Source: the human T2T-CHM13v2.0 reference genome, Homo sapiens. Taken from it: 64,000 nt of DNA. Below are positions 1-18,800 of the stretch, piece by piece; the first letter of the stretch is position 1; each line of letters opens with the position of its first letter. The notes under the pieces are model-generated. The model did not search any database and was not told the DNA's origin. It saw only the letters and a list, made by a program, of their open reading frames with translations. The position numbers and the translations under genes were made by a program. The stretch lies in NCBI RefSeq assembly GCF_009914755.1, contig NC_060935.1; one strand, 5' to 3'.

Positions 1-2113
<2,113 letters not shown>

Positions 2114-2119
2114 CTTGCA

Positions 2120-2425
2120 AACTTTCAGTCTGCGGCTTTTCATTTCTTTAACATTGTCTTTTGAAGAGCAGATGTTTTCAATTTTGATGATGTCAATTTA
2201 TCAATTTTATCTTTTGTGGAATATGTTTTTGGTCTTTTGTCTAATAATTCTTTACCCAATGTAAAGACAAATAAAGACAAGGCTTTTTCCTAGAAGTTTT
2301 ATTGTTTTTGGTTTTATATTTAGGTATATGATCCATTTTTACTATTTTTGCATATAATATGGGCATAGGTCAGTGTTCCTTTTTTTTAACATATGAATAT
2401 TCTGTTGTATAGTATCATTTATTGA
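2120..2425 (-). mobile_element. Old L1 ORF2 3' fragment
   Basis: ttttgaagagcagatgttttcaattttgatg...ttcctagaagttttattg pattern of L1M antisense. Confidence 0.6.
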
Positions 2426-2995
2426 AGAAACAAAAGGAATAGAATAGATATAGATGGTATGTGAACTTCTTGGAACATCTTTGAGAAGCCCTATCAGTTT
2501 AAAAACAAATATTTGAGAAACACTGTCATATTATATATAGATAAAAATATTTGATTCCATATTTTTTGGAGGGAAGGTAGTGGATTCTGGCTCAAATGTA
2601 ATGGAAGAGTGAACATTGAAGAAAAATGAGCAGTTATTGTATTGTGAAAGATCACATTTTAGGAATACTGAGTTAATAGTATCTGAAACTGTTAAGTAGT
2701 TCACTTTAAGCACAAAATAGATTGTGTATAATAGTGTTCTTCAGGAGTCAACTTGTTCCCCTTTGTAGGTGCAGACGCTTTTCTTTTTGTTGTTGTGTTA
2801 ATGGATTGAATTAGAAAATACCGTGATATATAACACACAGAAGGATGTATATTGTTTTATGATAATTTTGTTCCTGTTAGATATGTATGTGTTCTGGGTT
2901 GTGACGTAAAATGTTTTTACTATGGAGTACAATGAAAGATTTGAAAGCCATTTTTCTAGAATGATCAGGTTATATTTGATATGAAACAATTTTAA

Positions 2996-3142
<147 letters not shown>

Positions 3143-3793
3143 TAATAACAAAAATATTATTAGGTTGGTATAAAAGTGATCATGATTTTTGCCATTGAAA
3201 GTCATGGCCAAAACCGTGATCACTTTTGTACCAACCTATATTAGAAGTTATGCTTATTTCTCTTTTATTAATTGTAGGTACATACTTTCATCCATGTTAA
3301 TGACATCTTTGGTTTTTACTTTTGTAACCAACTTGATTTTTGAGGGCTTTTTAAAAAAGATTGTTTTTTTGTTTTTACTATTTTGAAAAATCATTTATGC
3401 TGCCACTGTACAAATTTGTGATGGGATTGGAGAAGGATCTTTAGTGTCTCTTTGCTGTTTTCCAGAAAAACAAACAAAAAATAACTTGTTAGGAGCTGAG
3501 ACCCTTGGAGAGTAACCCAGTTAAAATCTTATTTTCCAAATGAAATGAGAAACCACTGATACATTTTTCTACTTTCCTGAAACTAGAGAAATACTTGATT
3601 TCTAATTTGGGATGACATGAAATTTAAGGAAATCTATGTGATTAGGGTAAAAGAAAGCAAAGCAAAGGTCATAAATCACTCAGTTCTCAAAAGAACATAT
3701 ACATTTACTTAAAGTAAGCTTATTTTAGTGTTGTTCTTTTCAGATTGTTGGGGATATCTGCTTTTACCTATTAACTTTTCTCTTGTTTCATAG

Positions 3794-3842
3794 CTGTTGT
3801 CAACTTCAGATACCACTGGAGAAGAAAATGCTGACCCACCAA
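3794..3842 (+). CDS. BIRC2: BIRC2 coding exon, BIR3-UBA linker (exon 5)
   Basis: catag|CTG...CCAA|gtatgt; 49 nt; [16 protein letters not shown]; phases join both neighbours. Confidence 0.97.
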
Positions 3843-3900
3843 GTATGTATGAGATAATTTTAAGTATAGAGTGTAAATTTTTATAAGAATTTTAGGAATA

Positions 3901-4265
<365 letters not shown>

Positions 4266-4342
<77 letters not shown>
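4266..4342. repeat. Compound microsatellite (TA)n(CA)n(GA)n
   Basis: Three adjoining dinucleotide runs seen directly. Confidence 0.98.
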
Positions 4343-4344
<2 letters not shown>

Positions 4345-4699
4345 TAATGACACTGTGGAGGACCCTAAAAGTGTACTAGTTTTTGTTCTAGTGCTATACT
4401 TATCACTTTTAGTGCTGACATTCCAACTGGAGAAATGAGACATAAGCAAAAGAAAAACAAAAAATAGTTCAAAGCAATGCCAAATAAGCGGTGCAAATAA
4501 TAAACCCTCCAGAAAAGAAGAGTTTGCTGTGAGTTGGCATGATTTGGAAAACGTCAATTCACATATGATTCAAGAATTGGACTAGATGTTAGGTATTTAA
4601 GTCAGGTATGTTGTATTTCAGTGCAAGGGCAGGAAATAGTATAGCTTTTGATTAGAGCTTAATGTTAGCCACATCTGTCAATTTATGTAATATACATAT

Positions 4700-4980
4700 G
4701 TTATTGTGTCTAAAATGGCTAAGGTAGTAATCCCGTTTTATGTGCCAATCACATCTACAAAGGGCCATTCTGTTTGTGGCACAGCATTTCAAGAAAGATT
4801 GGCAGATTTGTTAACTGGACCAGAGAAAGGTGACCAAGATGTATGAGTCTTAGAAACCATGGCTCAGGAGGATTGGATGAAGGATTTGGTAGTATTTGAC
4901 TGGAAAATAGGAAGGAGAGTACTGGAAAATAGGAAGGAGAGTACCTGGGTACATGACAACTATCTCCCGTGTAATAGACC
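4700..4980 (+). mobile_element. Possible L3/CR1 remnant
   Basis: cagagaaaggtgaccaagatg...gaaaccatg...gaaggatttgg resembles the CR1 3' region; highly degraded. Confidence 0.45.
4899..4944. repeat. Perfect 22-bp tandem duplication
   Basis: ACTGGAAAATAGGAAGGAGAGT x2. Confidence 0.95.
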
Positions 4981-5702
4981 TAGAAAAGATAGATAGCAGT
5001 GTGGGCTGTTCTTAAAATTTATAACCACTGCTATTAAGTAGGCTGCCCTGCAGTTCTACCATAGGTCCTAATAAAATCACTTTGTCAATCTTTAAAATGA
5101 CTGTTTCTTGTTTTCTGTCTTGATAATTTTCTAACACTCTCTTCCCACCTTACTGTCAGTTTATAATCTTGCTTCCCTAAGAAAATAGAATCCAAAAGAG
5201 AGCTGCTTTATTGCCTCACCAGCAAAACCACTAGGCTACATAATTTATCCTTGTACTTTTCTGTTTGTTCATAAAAGATGAATTGTCCTTGCCCTTTTCT
5301 AAGGCCATTACTTCTACTTGTCCTCTGTATTCCATCCCCTACTGTCAACTTAAGAAGGTTACTTTGGCAGTGACATACCCTTTCTCTCGAGTCTTCAATT
5401 TTTCCACCTCTCCTGAATCACTCATGTTAGCATATAAACATAATGTACTTTTGCTAATCCTAGGAAAATTTCCATGAATGAATGTCCCCATTCAGCTATT
5501 ACCTTATTACTCTGCTTCCCTTTACAACAAAATACCTAGGAAGATTTATCTGTGCTTAACTCTGTTTTACTTCCTCACCTTTCATTCTTTCACTTGTTCT
5601 GCTAGAAACTGTTCTTGTCATGGTAACCAGGGACTGCCGTGTTAGCAAATCCACTACTTGACCTGTTAATTAGCATTTGATAATCACTGGGTGCTTTGTC
5701 GT

Positions 5703-5869
5703 TGTTTTTTCTTTTTGTGAAACAAGGTCTCACTTTGTCACCCAGGCTGTAGTGTGGTTAGGTGCCATCATGGCTCACTGCAGCCTTAACTTCCCTGGCT
5801 CAGGTGATTCTCTCACCTCAGCCTCCCAAGTAGCTGGGACTACAGGCATGCACCATCACATTCAGCTAA

Positions 5870-5900
<31 letters not shown>

Positions 5901-6018
5901 TAGATACAGGGTTTCACCATGTTGCCCAGGCTGGTCTCAAACTCTTGAGCTTAAGCAATCTGCCTGCCTCGGCCTCCCATAGTGCTGGGATTGCAGGCAT
6001 GAGCCACTGCATTTGGCC
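5703..6018 (-). mobile_element. AluJ-like with (TG)n in place of the central linker
   Basis: Antisense Alu; TG run at 5870-5897. Confidence 0.9.
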
Positions 6019-6457
6019 TCATCTTTCTTAAGACACATTTTTTGCTTGACTTATCAGACCCCATACTCTTGGTTTTCTATTTCCCTGGTTGGTCCTGAAC
6101 AATTTCCTTTGTTGGCTGCTCCTTTTTCAAACTTCAAAATGTTGGAGTACCCCTCATAGCTCAGCTTAAATTTATTTCTCCATTTCCTGAGCCCCAAGCT
6201 GGAATGTCCAGCTAACTGTTTAAATCTCTACTTGGCTGTAACAGACATTGTAGAGTTAATATGACCAAACCGGAAATTTTCTTCCCCATTCTTCATCCCT
6301 CAGATTTGTTCCTTCTTTGGTCTTCCCCATCTCAGTTAATGGTACTCATTTCCCAGCATTAAAAGTTGGCTCAAGTTAGGCATCATCTCTGATTCCTCTC
6401 CTTCCTTTAGTTTGTATATTTAATCTATCAGAAGTCTTTTCATTTCTGTCTTCATAA

Positions 6458-6794
<337 letters not shown>

Positions 6795-8431
6795 CTCCAC
6801 CACTATTAACCTAATCCAAACTACCGTCATCTGTGTCTAACATCCTAACAAGTCTTCCTGATTCTGGTTTACCCCATTAAAGTAACATCTCCACCGAGCT
6901 GCCAGAGTCATCTTCTGAAAACACAAGTCAAGTTTTATCAGTTGCATGCTTGAAACACTCCTAGAATATTCTACCAAACTTAGAATAAAATATAAACTCT
7001 TAGGAAGCCTCTGCTTATCTGGGCATTGTCCTCCTTTTTTTACCTTCTACCACCTTCTTTCTGTTTCTTGATCATGTCAAGCTTTTCCCTCAATTTAAGG
7101 TTTTTACACTTGCTGTTCTCTTTGCTTAGAAGACTTCTTTGAGATATTTCCATAGCTCACTCCTTTTTCCCCCCAGTATTAATAATTTTACATGTAATAG
7201 ATGTATACATTCTTCATAAGGGAAAGAAAACTAAATGCTGTAGGCAATGCCAAATTCCCCTCTGATGCTTACATACAGTTCTGTTTCTAACTTCTAATAC
7301 CCAGAGCTCAGTAGCATGGGCTAGGTATATACCAGTTTAGTTCGTTTGTATATTTTTAAATTTTTTCACAGTAGTCCAGCATATATTGCATTTTATTTAT
7401 CCATTCCCTATTGAGAGCTATTCCTGTTATTTTCTGTTTTTTTTTTTCTGCTGTAAATATTGCTGTAATGATCCTCTAATGTGTCTCTTATCTTGAACAT
7501 AAAGTATTTCCTCAAGGCATGCGCTTAAAAATGAAATAGAGCTCATTCCTTGTTATTTAAATCTTTGTTCTGGTGCCATTTCTTCGGACACGGATTCCAC
7601 GCGTGTTTGAACAAGAGGGGACATTGTTGACGTTGTATATTTATTATAAGTTTCCAGAAGATGGCAGTAGTGTCTTGAAGAATTATGTCTTTTTGTATTT
7701 TTTCATAAAAGTATCATATGGGCTAGCATTGACTCTTAGCAGAAAATGCTTCCCTGACTACCCTATCTAAAATGACTTCCTGCTTCCTGGTTTCTTTTAA
7801 TGACCTTACACTACTTTTTTCTTCAGAGCATCTGTCACTGTCTAAAATCATACTGCCTTAATTACTTCTGAAGCCATACTTTTTCACTACATCTTCTGGG
7901 TGAACTGATCTTCTATTTTACTATACTTCCCATTTTTGTTTATGTTATTCTCTCTACCTCAGCAATCCACTTGTCTAGACCCTGTCCATCCTTCAAGTCC
8001 AAACTCTAATGCGCCACTTTTCCATGAAGTCTTTGTGATTTCCCCCCACTTTCCTGGCTGGAGAAGATTATTTCTCACTTCTAAGTTCGTATAGCATATT
8101 GGTTTCCAGAAATGACTATACATCAGAATCATTTGGGAAATATTCAAAAGATACAGATTCCTAATTCTTATCCTTAGAGAATCTTTCATTAAGTAAGTCT
8201 AGGATGTAGCCAGAGAGGTGGGTTTTGTAAAAAGTATAGCATATTAATTGTATTCTCATTTGACCATTATGAAGTTCAAACTTTTATTGGAGTTATAGGT
8301 AATCGATGCATATAGCTCATCTCCTTTACCAGAATATGAGAGTAAAGGATGAATAAAGATTGTGCCATGATACTTTTTTCCATAGGTTTATGTTTGTGGA
8401 ATTTAATATTAGCATGTTTCTTTTCAAATAG

Positions 8432-8674
8432 TTATTCATTTTGGACCTGGAGAAAGTTCTTCAGAAGATGCTGTCATGATGAATACACCTGTGGTTAAAT
8501 CTGCCTTGGAAATGGGCTTTAATAGAGACCTGGTGAAACAAACAGTTCAAAGTAAAATCCTGACAACTGGAGAGAACTATAAAACAGTTAATGATATTGT
8601 GTCAGCACTTCTTAATGCTGAAGATGAAAAAAGAGAAGAGGAGAAGGAAAAACAAGCTGAAGAAATGGCATCAG
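8432..8674 (+). CDS. BIRC2: BIRC2 coding exon, UBA domain (exon 6)
   Basis: aatag|TT...TCAG|gtattt; 243 nt, phase 1-1; IIHFGPGESSSEDAVMMNTPVVKSALEMGF...EEMAS, with the UBA MGF motif. Confidence 0.98.
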
Positions 8675-8699
8675 GTATTTGGGGATGTTAGTCACCTGC

Positions 8700-8852
8700 A
8701 TTGTTTCTCAGTGGAGCTCTTAGGACTGTCTCACATGTTACAGGACACCATGCTTGTTTCACATCCACTAACTGCTGGTAGCAGTCCTCCAGTCATTTCG
8801 AAACCATCCCTCCTTTTCTACCCCTTTCAATTGCTTCTAGTTGAGAACCATT
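8700..8852. mobile_element. hAT-Charlie MITE remnant (MER20/MER5-like)
   Basis: TIR-like ends cattgtttctca ... ttgagaaccattg. Confidence 0.5.
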
Positions 8853-9506
8853 GACTGCCGCTTTTTTCTATACATTTATTTTCGGATGAGGTTCTCTGAT
8901 TTATGCCAATCAGAGAATTTTAGCATAATAAGCTCTTTCTTGAGCTGTATTCCATTTCTTTCTCATACATAACAAATTTAAATTGTTTTGAAAAAGCAAG
9001 ATGTTAAAGTTGGATGCAGGTCTTTTTTCAACCTGTTTTTTTTTTTAAGTTTCTGCAAATCATATTTTTAATAGGATACTTTACTCCCTAATCCTTGCTA
9101 AGTGATCCTCATACACAAAATAGAACTTACAATGAAATTCTGGGGCTTGATGAGAACCACCTGCCCAATCCAAGGATAACAGGAAAACTGATTTTTGTAT
9201 TCGTCCAGATAGTATTAAGTCTCGGCCTCTCAAAACAAGTATTTTGAGTAATCATTTATTCCTTCAATAAATTTTTTTTTTCTTTTTTCTATTTTTTTTT
9301 AATTATACTTTAAGTTTTAGGGTACATGTGCACATTGTGCAGGTTAGTTACATATGTATACATGTGCCATGCTGGTGCGCTGCACCCACTAACTCATCAT
9401 CTAGCATTAGGTATATCTCCCAATGCTATCCCTCCCCCCTCCCCCCACCCCACCACAGTCCCCAGAGTGTGATATTCCCCTTCCTGTGTCCATGTGATCT
9501 CATTGT

Positions 9507-13333
<3,827 letters not shown>

Positions 13334-13396
13334 TATGATGTTAGCTGGTGATTTTGCTCGTTAGTTGATGCAGTTTCTTCCTAGTCTCAATGGTCT

Positions 13397-14413
13397 TTAC
13401 ATTTTGGCATGATTTTGCAGCTGCTGGTACCGGTTGTTCCTTTCCATGTTTAGTGCTTCCTTCCGGAGCTCTTTTAGGGCAGGCCTGGTGGTGACAAAAT
13501 CTCTCACCATTTGCTTGTCTGTGAAGTATTTTATTTCTCCTTCACTTATGAAGCTTAGTTTGGCTGGATATGAAATTCTGGGTTGAAAATTCTTTTCTTT
13601 AAGAATGTTGAATATTGGCCCCCACTCTCTTCTGGCTTGTAGGGTTTCTGCCGAGAGATCCGTTGTTAGTCTGATGGGCTTCCCTTTGAGGGTAACCCGA
13701 CCTTTCTCTCTGGCTGCCCTTAACATTTTTTCCTTCATTTCAACTTTGGTGAATCTGACAATTATGTGTCTTGGAGTTGCTCTTCTCGAGGAGTATCTTT
13801 GTGGCGTTCTCTATATTTCCTGAATCTGAACGTTGGCCTGCCTTGCTAGATTGGGGAAGTTCTCCTGGATAATATCCTGCAGAGTGTTTTCCAACTTGGT
13901 TCCAATCTCCCCATCACTTTCAGGTACACCAATCAGACGTAGATTTGGTCTTTTCACATAATCCCATATTTCTTGGAGGCTTTGCTCATTTCTTTTTATT
14001 CTTTTTTCTCTAAACTTCCCTTCTCGCTTCATTTCATTCATTTCATCTTCCATTGCTGATACCCTTTCTTCCAGTTGATCGCATCGGCTCCTGAGGCTTC
14101 TGCATTCTTCACGTAGTTCTCGAGCCTTGGTTTTCAGCTCCATCAGCTCCTTTAAGCACTTCTCTGTATTGGTTATTCTAGTTATACATTCTTCTAAATT
14201 TTTTTCAAAGTTTTCAACTTCTTTGCCTTTGGTTTGAATGTCCTCCTGTAGCTCAGAGTAATTTGATCGTCTGAAGCCTTCTTCTCTCAGCTCATCAAAG
14301 TCATTCTCCATCCAGCTTTGTTCCGTTGCTGGTGAGGAACTGCGTTCCTTTGGAAGAGGAGAGGCGCTCTGCGTTTTAGAGTTTCCAGCTTTTCTGTTCT
14401 GTTTTTCCCCCAT
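13397..14413 (-). pseudogene. L1 ORF1p, full length with one nonsense codon
   Basis: 339 codons in one frame, interrupted by TAG at 13811-13813. Confidence 0.95.
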
Positions 14414-15317
14414 CTTTGTGGTTTTATCTATTTTTGGTCTTTGATGATGGTGATGTACAGATGGGTTTTCGGTGTGGATGTCCTTTCTGTTTGTTAGTTT
14501 TCCTTCTAACAGACAGGACCCTCAGCTGCAGGTCTGTTGGAATACCCTGCCGTGTGAGGTGTCAGTGTGCCCCTGCTGGGGGGTGCCTCCCAGTTAGGCT
14601 GCTCGGGGGTCAGGGGTCAGGGACCCACTTGAGGAGGCAGTCTGCCGGTTCTCAGATCTCCAGCTGCGTGCTGGGAGAACCACTGCTCTCTTCAAAGCTG
14701 TCAGACAGGGACACTTAAGTCTGCAGAGGTTACTGCTGTCTTTTTGTTTGTCTGTGCCCTGCCCCCAGAGGTGGAGCCTACAGAGGCAGGCAGGCCTCCT
14801 TGAGCTGTGGTGGGCTCCACCCAGTTCGAGTTCCTGGCTGCTTTGTTTACCTAATCAAGCCTGGGCAATGGCGGGCGCCCCTCCCCCAGCCTCGCTGCTG
14901 CCTTGCAGTTTGATCTCAGACTGCTGTGCTAGCAATCAGCGAGACTCCGTGGGCGTAGGACCCTCCGAGCCAGGTGTGGGATATAATCTCTTGGTTCGCC
15001 GTTTTTTAAGCCAGTCTGAAAAGCGCAATATTCGGGTGGGAGTGACCCGATTTTCCAGGTGCGTCCGTTACCCCTTTCTTTGACTCGGAAAGGGAACTCC
15101 TTGACCCCTTGGGCTTCCCAAGTGTGGCAATGCCTTGCCCTGCTTCGGTTTGCACACGGTGCGCGCACCCACTGGCCTGCGCCCACTGTCTGGCACTCCC
15201 TAGTGAGATGAACCCGGTACCTCAGATGGAAATGCAGAAATCACCCGTCTTGTGCGTCGCTCACGCTGGGAGCTGTACACCGGAGCTGTTCCTATTCGGC
15301 CATCTTGGCTCCTCCCC
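14414..15317. promoter_or_regulatory. L1 5'UTR bidirectional promoter (sense promoter on -, antisense promoter on +)
   Basis: CpG-rich; intact YY1 motif CAAGATGGCCG (15297-15307, minus); antisense promoter position inferred from known L1 architecture. Confidence 0.75.
14868..15083 (+). CDS. L1 ORF0, intact 71-aa antisense ORF of the primate L1 5'UTR
   Basis: gcaATGG context; MAGAPPPASLLPCSLISDCCASNQRDSVGVGPSEPGVGYNLLVRRFLSQSEKRNIRVGVTRFSRCVRYPFL*; donors CAG|gtgtgg (14973) and CAG|gtgcgt (15058); translation is not demonstrated. Confidence 0.85.
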   Translation: MAGAPPPASLLPCSLISDCCASNQRDSVGVGPSEPGVGYNLLVRRFLSQSEKRNIRVGVTRFSRCVRYPFL

Positions 15318-15623
15318 TCCTTCAATAAATATTTGTTGAGCATGAGCACCAGTGCCAAATACTGTGCCTAATCACAGTGGTTGCTGTCAAGGAGTATATA
15401 CACTAGCTGGCGAGACTAGTGTGCAAAAGACAGGGTTAAAGGGCCAGCAGAGAGGCGAAGGTTGCATATGTATTGGAGTATTGCGTTGGAAGATGCTTTC
15501 TTTTTAAGCTTGTAAGTAAAGACAGGAATAACTTAAGAGTACCTTATTGCATGACCGTGTAGCAAAATATTTAAAGTCTGGACTTCTACATTGAAACAGA
15601 TTTGTGTTTAAATTCTAGCTCCA

Positions 15624-15954
<331 letters not shown>

Positions 15955-16889
15955 TTATTCAACCAGACATCGGCTTTCTCATCTGTAAAATGGGGATAAT
16001 AATAGTATGACTCCCATAGGGTTGCTGTAGGAATTAAATGAGATATTGCAAATAAAACACTTTAACACAGCTCCTAGCACGTCAATTTTTTTTTTTTTTT
16101 AAGCATTAGGTAGATTGACTTGGGAAGTGGGAGGGACTTGGTGAAAGAAAGGGCCTAAGAAAAGTCAATTTAAGGATTGTTAAGTAGTAATGAAATCCAG
16201 CTAAGGTTATATGAAATCACTGTCACCTTAGATTTATGACTTTCTCATACTTTGTATGGGTTGGAAAATAGTATTGAATTACAGATTTGGCAGTGTTAAT
16301 AGGGGAAAGGCCAAGTAAGGAATACGGAAGATGAGTTAAGGGTGCTAATATAGAGAACTTCATTGAAATACCTGACTGCTACCTAGATTAGAATAGGAGG
16401 TTTGAAGCAAAGCCAGGAGATAGCTCTTGTGCAAGTAGAATTGGGAATGACATGGAGATCTTGAAAAGGTGAAGAACAAATTGGTTAGCAGTGAGAGGAA
16501 TTATTTAGGTAGAAGAAAAAGTTGTCACAGAATGGAATTTTATAGTTTTGAGATTAATAGAGCAGTTCACTTCTAGAGAGATGTAAAAGGGGAAAGAAGA
16601 TAGGCTTCTGTTTTTATAATTTATTTCTCATTAAACTGGTACTTTGTAGAGATGTACTTTTTAAATTTTTTTGAAAGTCTGAAAATAGACAAATTTTATA
16701 ATGATTCAGATACCAAAAGAAGGAACTACCATATTCCATAAATATAAATTAACTGTGGAGTTTTATGTGATGCGATATTAAAGGAAAAACATTGGCTTTT
16801 TAAAAAAAGGTCAGGCTTGATTCTTAGGTAGTTTTTTTTAATTGCTATAAACATAGACATTTATAAAATAATAATGGTAGTTAACTATG

Positions 16890-17310
16890 TACCACATATT
16901 GTGCCAGATGCTTTACATGTATTATTCAATCCTTACAACTTTGAGGAAGGTACCGTTATGTATATTTTACAGATGAGGAAACTGAGGTGTATGGGGAAGG
17001 ATGAGGACACATAGCTAGTGAGTGGGCCTAGCCAACACTGGAACCTAGGTCTGTTTTGACTTGGCAACTCAAACCCTACAATACTACAATACCACGTCTT
17101 AAGTATGGGGTGTTGAAAAGAACACTGGTCTAGGATGCCTGGTTCTGCAGCTTATTCTTTCTTGTGATCTTAGGCCACTCATTCTTTTCTGAGTCTTTTT
17201 TCTCCCTATGTAAAAATGAGAGGCAGTAATACTCGCCTTGTTTAATTGACAGGATCACTGTATCAAATGAGACAAATTACTATGAAAGTGCTTACAAAAG
17301 TAAAATGATA
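16890..17310. mobile_element. Two MIR remnants in opposite orientation
   Basis: ttttacagatgaggaaactgagg and ctatgtaaaaatgag cores. Confidence 0.65.
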
Positions 17311-17620
17311 TAATGGAAATACAAGAGTATTATTATATATGGTGGGGGGAAATTTTTACTGTCTTCTACAAATCTCTTGCAACAAAATAAAGTAAAAGCG
17401 GAGTTCTAGGACATGTAAATATATAGACTTAAAAATTAAACAGAGACTTCCTCTGGAAGTTTTCCAAACAACAAACTTACAAATGCAAACAAGTTACTTT
17501 GTTCTTTTTTGAACTTTATTTAGTGCCTAAATTGTTTGTAGGGTTGGTTATTAGTGACTATATGAGTATAGTTAAAGGAGTTTAAAATCTAATGGATTTC
17601 TTTTTCTTTTTTTAATGAAG

Positions 17621-17875
17621 ATGATTTGTCATTAATTCGGAAGAACAGAATGGCTCTCTTTCAACAATTGACATGTGTGCTTCCTATCCTGGATAATCTT
17701 TTAAAGGCCAATGTAATTAATAAACAGGAACATGATATTATTAAACAAAAAACACAGATACCTTTACAAGTGAGAGAACTGATTGATACCATTTTGGTTA
17801 AAGGAAATGCTGCGGCCAACATCTTCAAAAACTGTCTAAAAGAAATTGACTCTACATTGTATAAGAACTTATTTG
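17621..17875 (+). CDS. BIRC2: BIRC2 coding exon, CARD domain (exon 7)
   Basis: pyrimidine tract, gaag|AT...TTTG|gtgagt; 255 nt, phase 1-1; DDLSLIRKNRMALFQQLTCVLPILDNLL...YKNLF. Confidence 0.98.
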
Positions 17876-17981
17876 GTGAGTTTGTTGGGAAAATTATTTT
17901 AGAAATTCTTAGGACTGGCCAGATGCGGTGGCTCAGTTTTGTATTTAGTAGAGTAATGGTTTTTATGTTTTCTTTCCTCAG

Positions 17982-18023
17982 TGGATAAGAATATGAAGTA
18001 TATTCCAACAGAAGATGTTTCAG
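17982..18023 (+). CDS. BIRC2: BIRC2 coding exon, CARD-RING linker (exon 8)
   Basis: ctcag|TG...TCAG|gtaaaa; 42 nt, phase 1-1; VDKNMKYIPTEDVS. Confidence 0.97.
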
Positions 18024-18114
18024 GTAAAACAAAGATTTAAAACCAACATGAACTATTACCCTTTTTTTTTAATGAAGTGGAAACAATTTCACTAAAGTTA
18101 TTTTTTGTTATTAG

Positions 18115-18308
18115 GTCTGTCACTGGAAGAACAATTGAGGAGGTTGCAAGAAGAACGAACTTGTAAAGTGTGTATGGACAAAGAAGTTTCTGTTGTATTT
18201 ATTCCTTGTGGTCATCTGGTAGTATGCCAGGAATGTGCCCCTTCTCTAAGAAAATGCCCTATTTGCAGGGGTATAATCAAGGGTACTGTTCGTACATTTC
18301 TCTCTTAA
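18115..18308 (+). CDS. BIRC2: BIRC2 terminal coding exon, RING E3 ligase domain (exon 9)
   Basis: ttag|GT; [64 protein letters not shown]; C3HC4 RING; TAA at 18306-18308. Confidence 0.99.
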
Positions 18309-18800
18309 AGAAAAATAGTCTATATTTTAACCTGCATAAAAAGGTCTTTAAAATATTGTTGAACACTTGAAGCCATCTAAAGTAAAAAGGGAATTATGAG
18401 TTTTTCAATTAGTAACATTCATGTTCTAGTCTGCTTTGGTACTAATAATCTTGTTTCTGAAAAGATGGTATCATATATTTAATCTTAATCTGTTTATTTA
18501 CAAGGGAAGATTTATGTTTGGTGAACTATATTAGTATGTATGTGTACCTAAGGGAGTAGTGTCACTGCTTGTTATGCATCATTTCAGGAGTTACTGGATT
18601 TGTTGTTCTTTCAGAAAGCTTTGAATACTAAATTATAGTGTAGAAAAGAACTGGAAACCAGGAACTCTGGAGTTCATCAGAGTTATGGTGCCGAATTGTC
18701 TTTGGTGCTTTTCACTTGTGTTTTAAAATAAGGATTTTTCTCTTATTTCTCCCCCTAGTTTGTGAGAAACATCTCAATAAAGTGCTTTAAAAAGATTGTG
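18309..18800 (+). other. BIRC2: BIRC2 3'UTR with an ATTTA cluster
   Basis: Runs from the stop to just past AATAAA; ATTTA at 18477, 18496 and 18510; 3' end approximate. Confidence 0.85.
18776..18781 (+). terminator. BIRC2 polyadenylation signal
   Basis: AATAAA followed by GU/U-rich sequence (ttgtgtt, ttttttctttc). Confidence 0.85.

Noticed and set aside
14748-14867. N-terminal extension of ORF0 to 111 aa in the ORF track
   Set aside because: It starts at TTG. The ATG with good context at 14868 gives the canonical 71 aa.
17661-18032. 123-aa antisense ORF over the BIRC2 CARD exon
   Set aside because: Shadow frame of a coding exon, with no recognisable homology.
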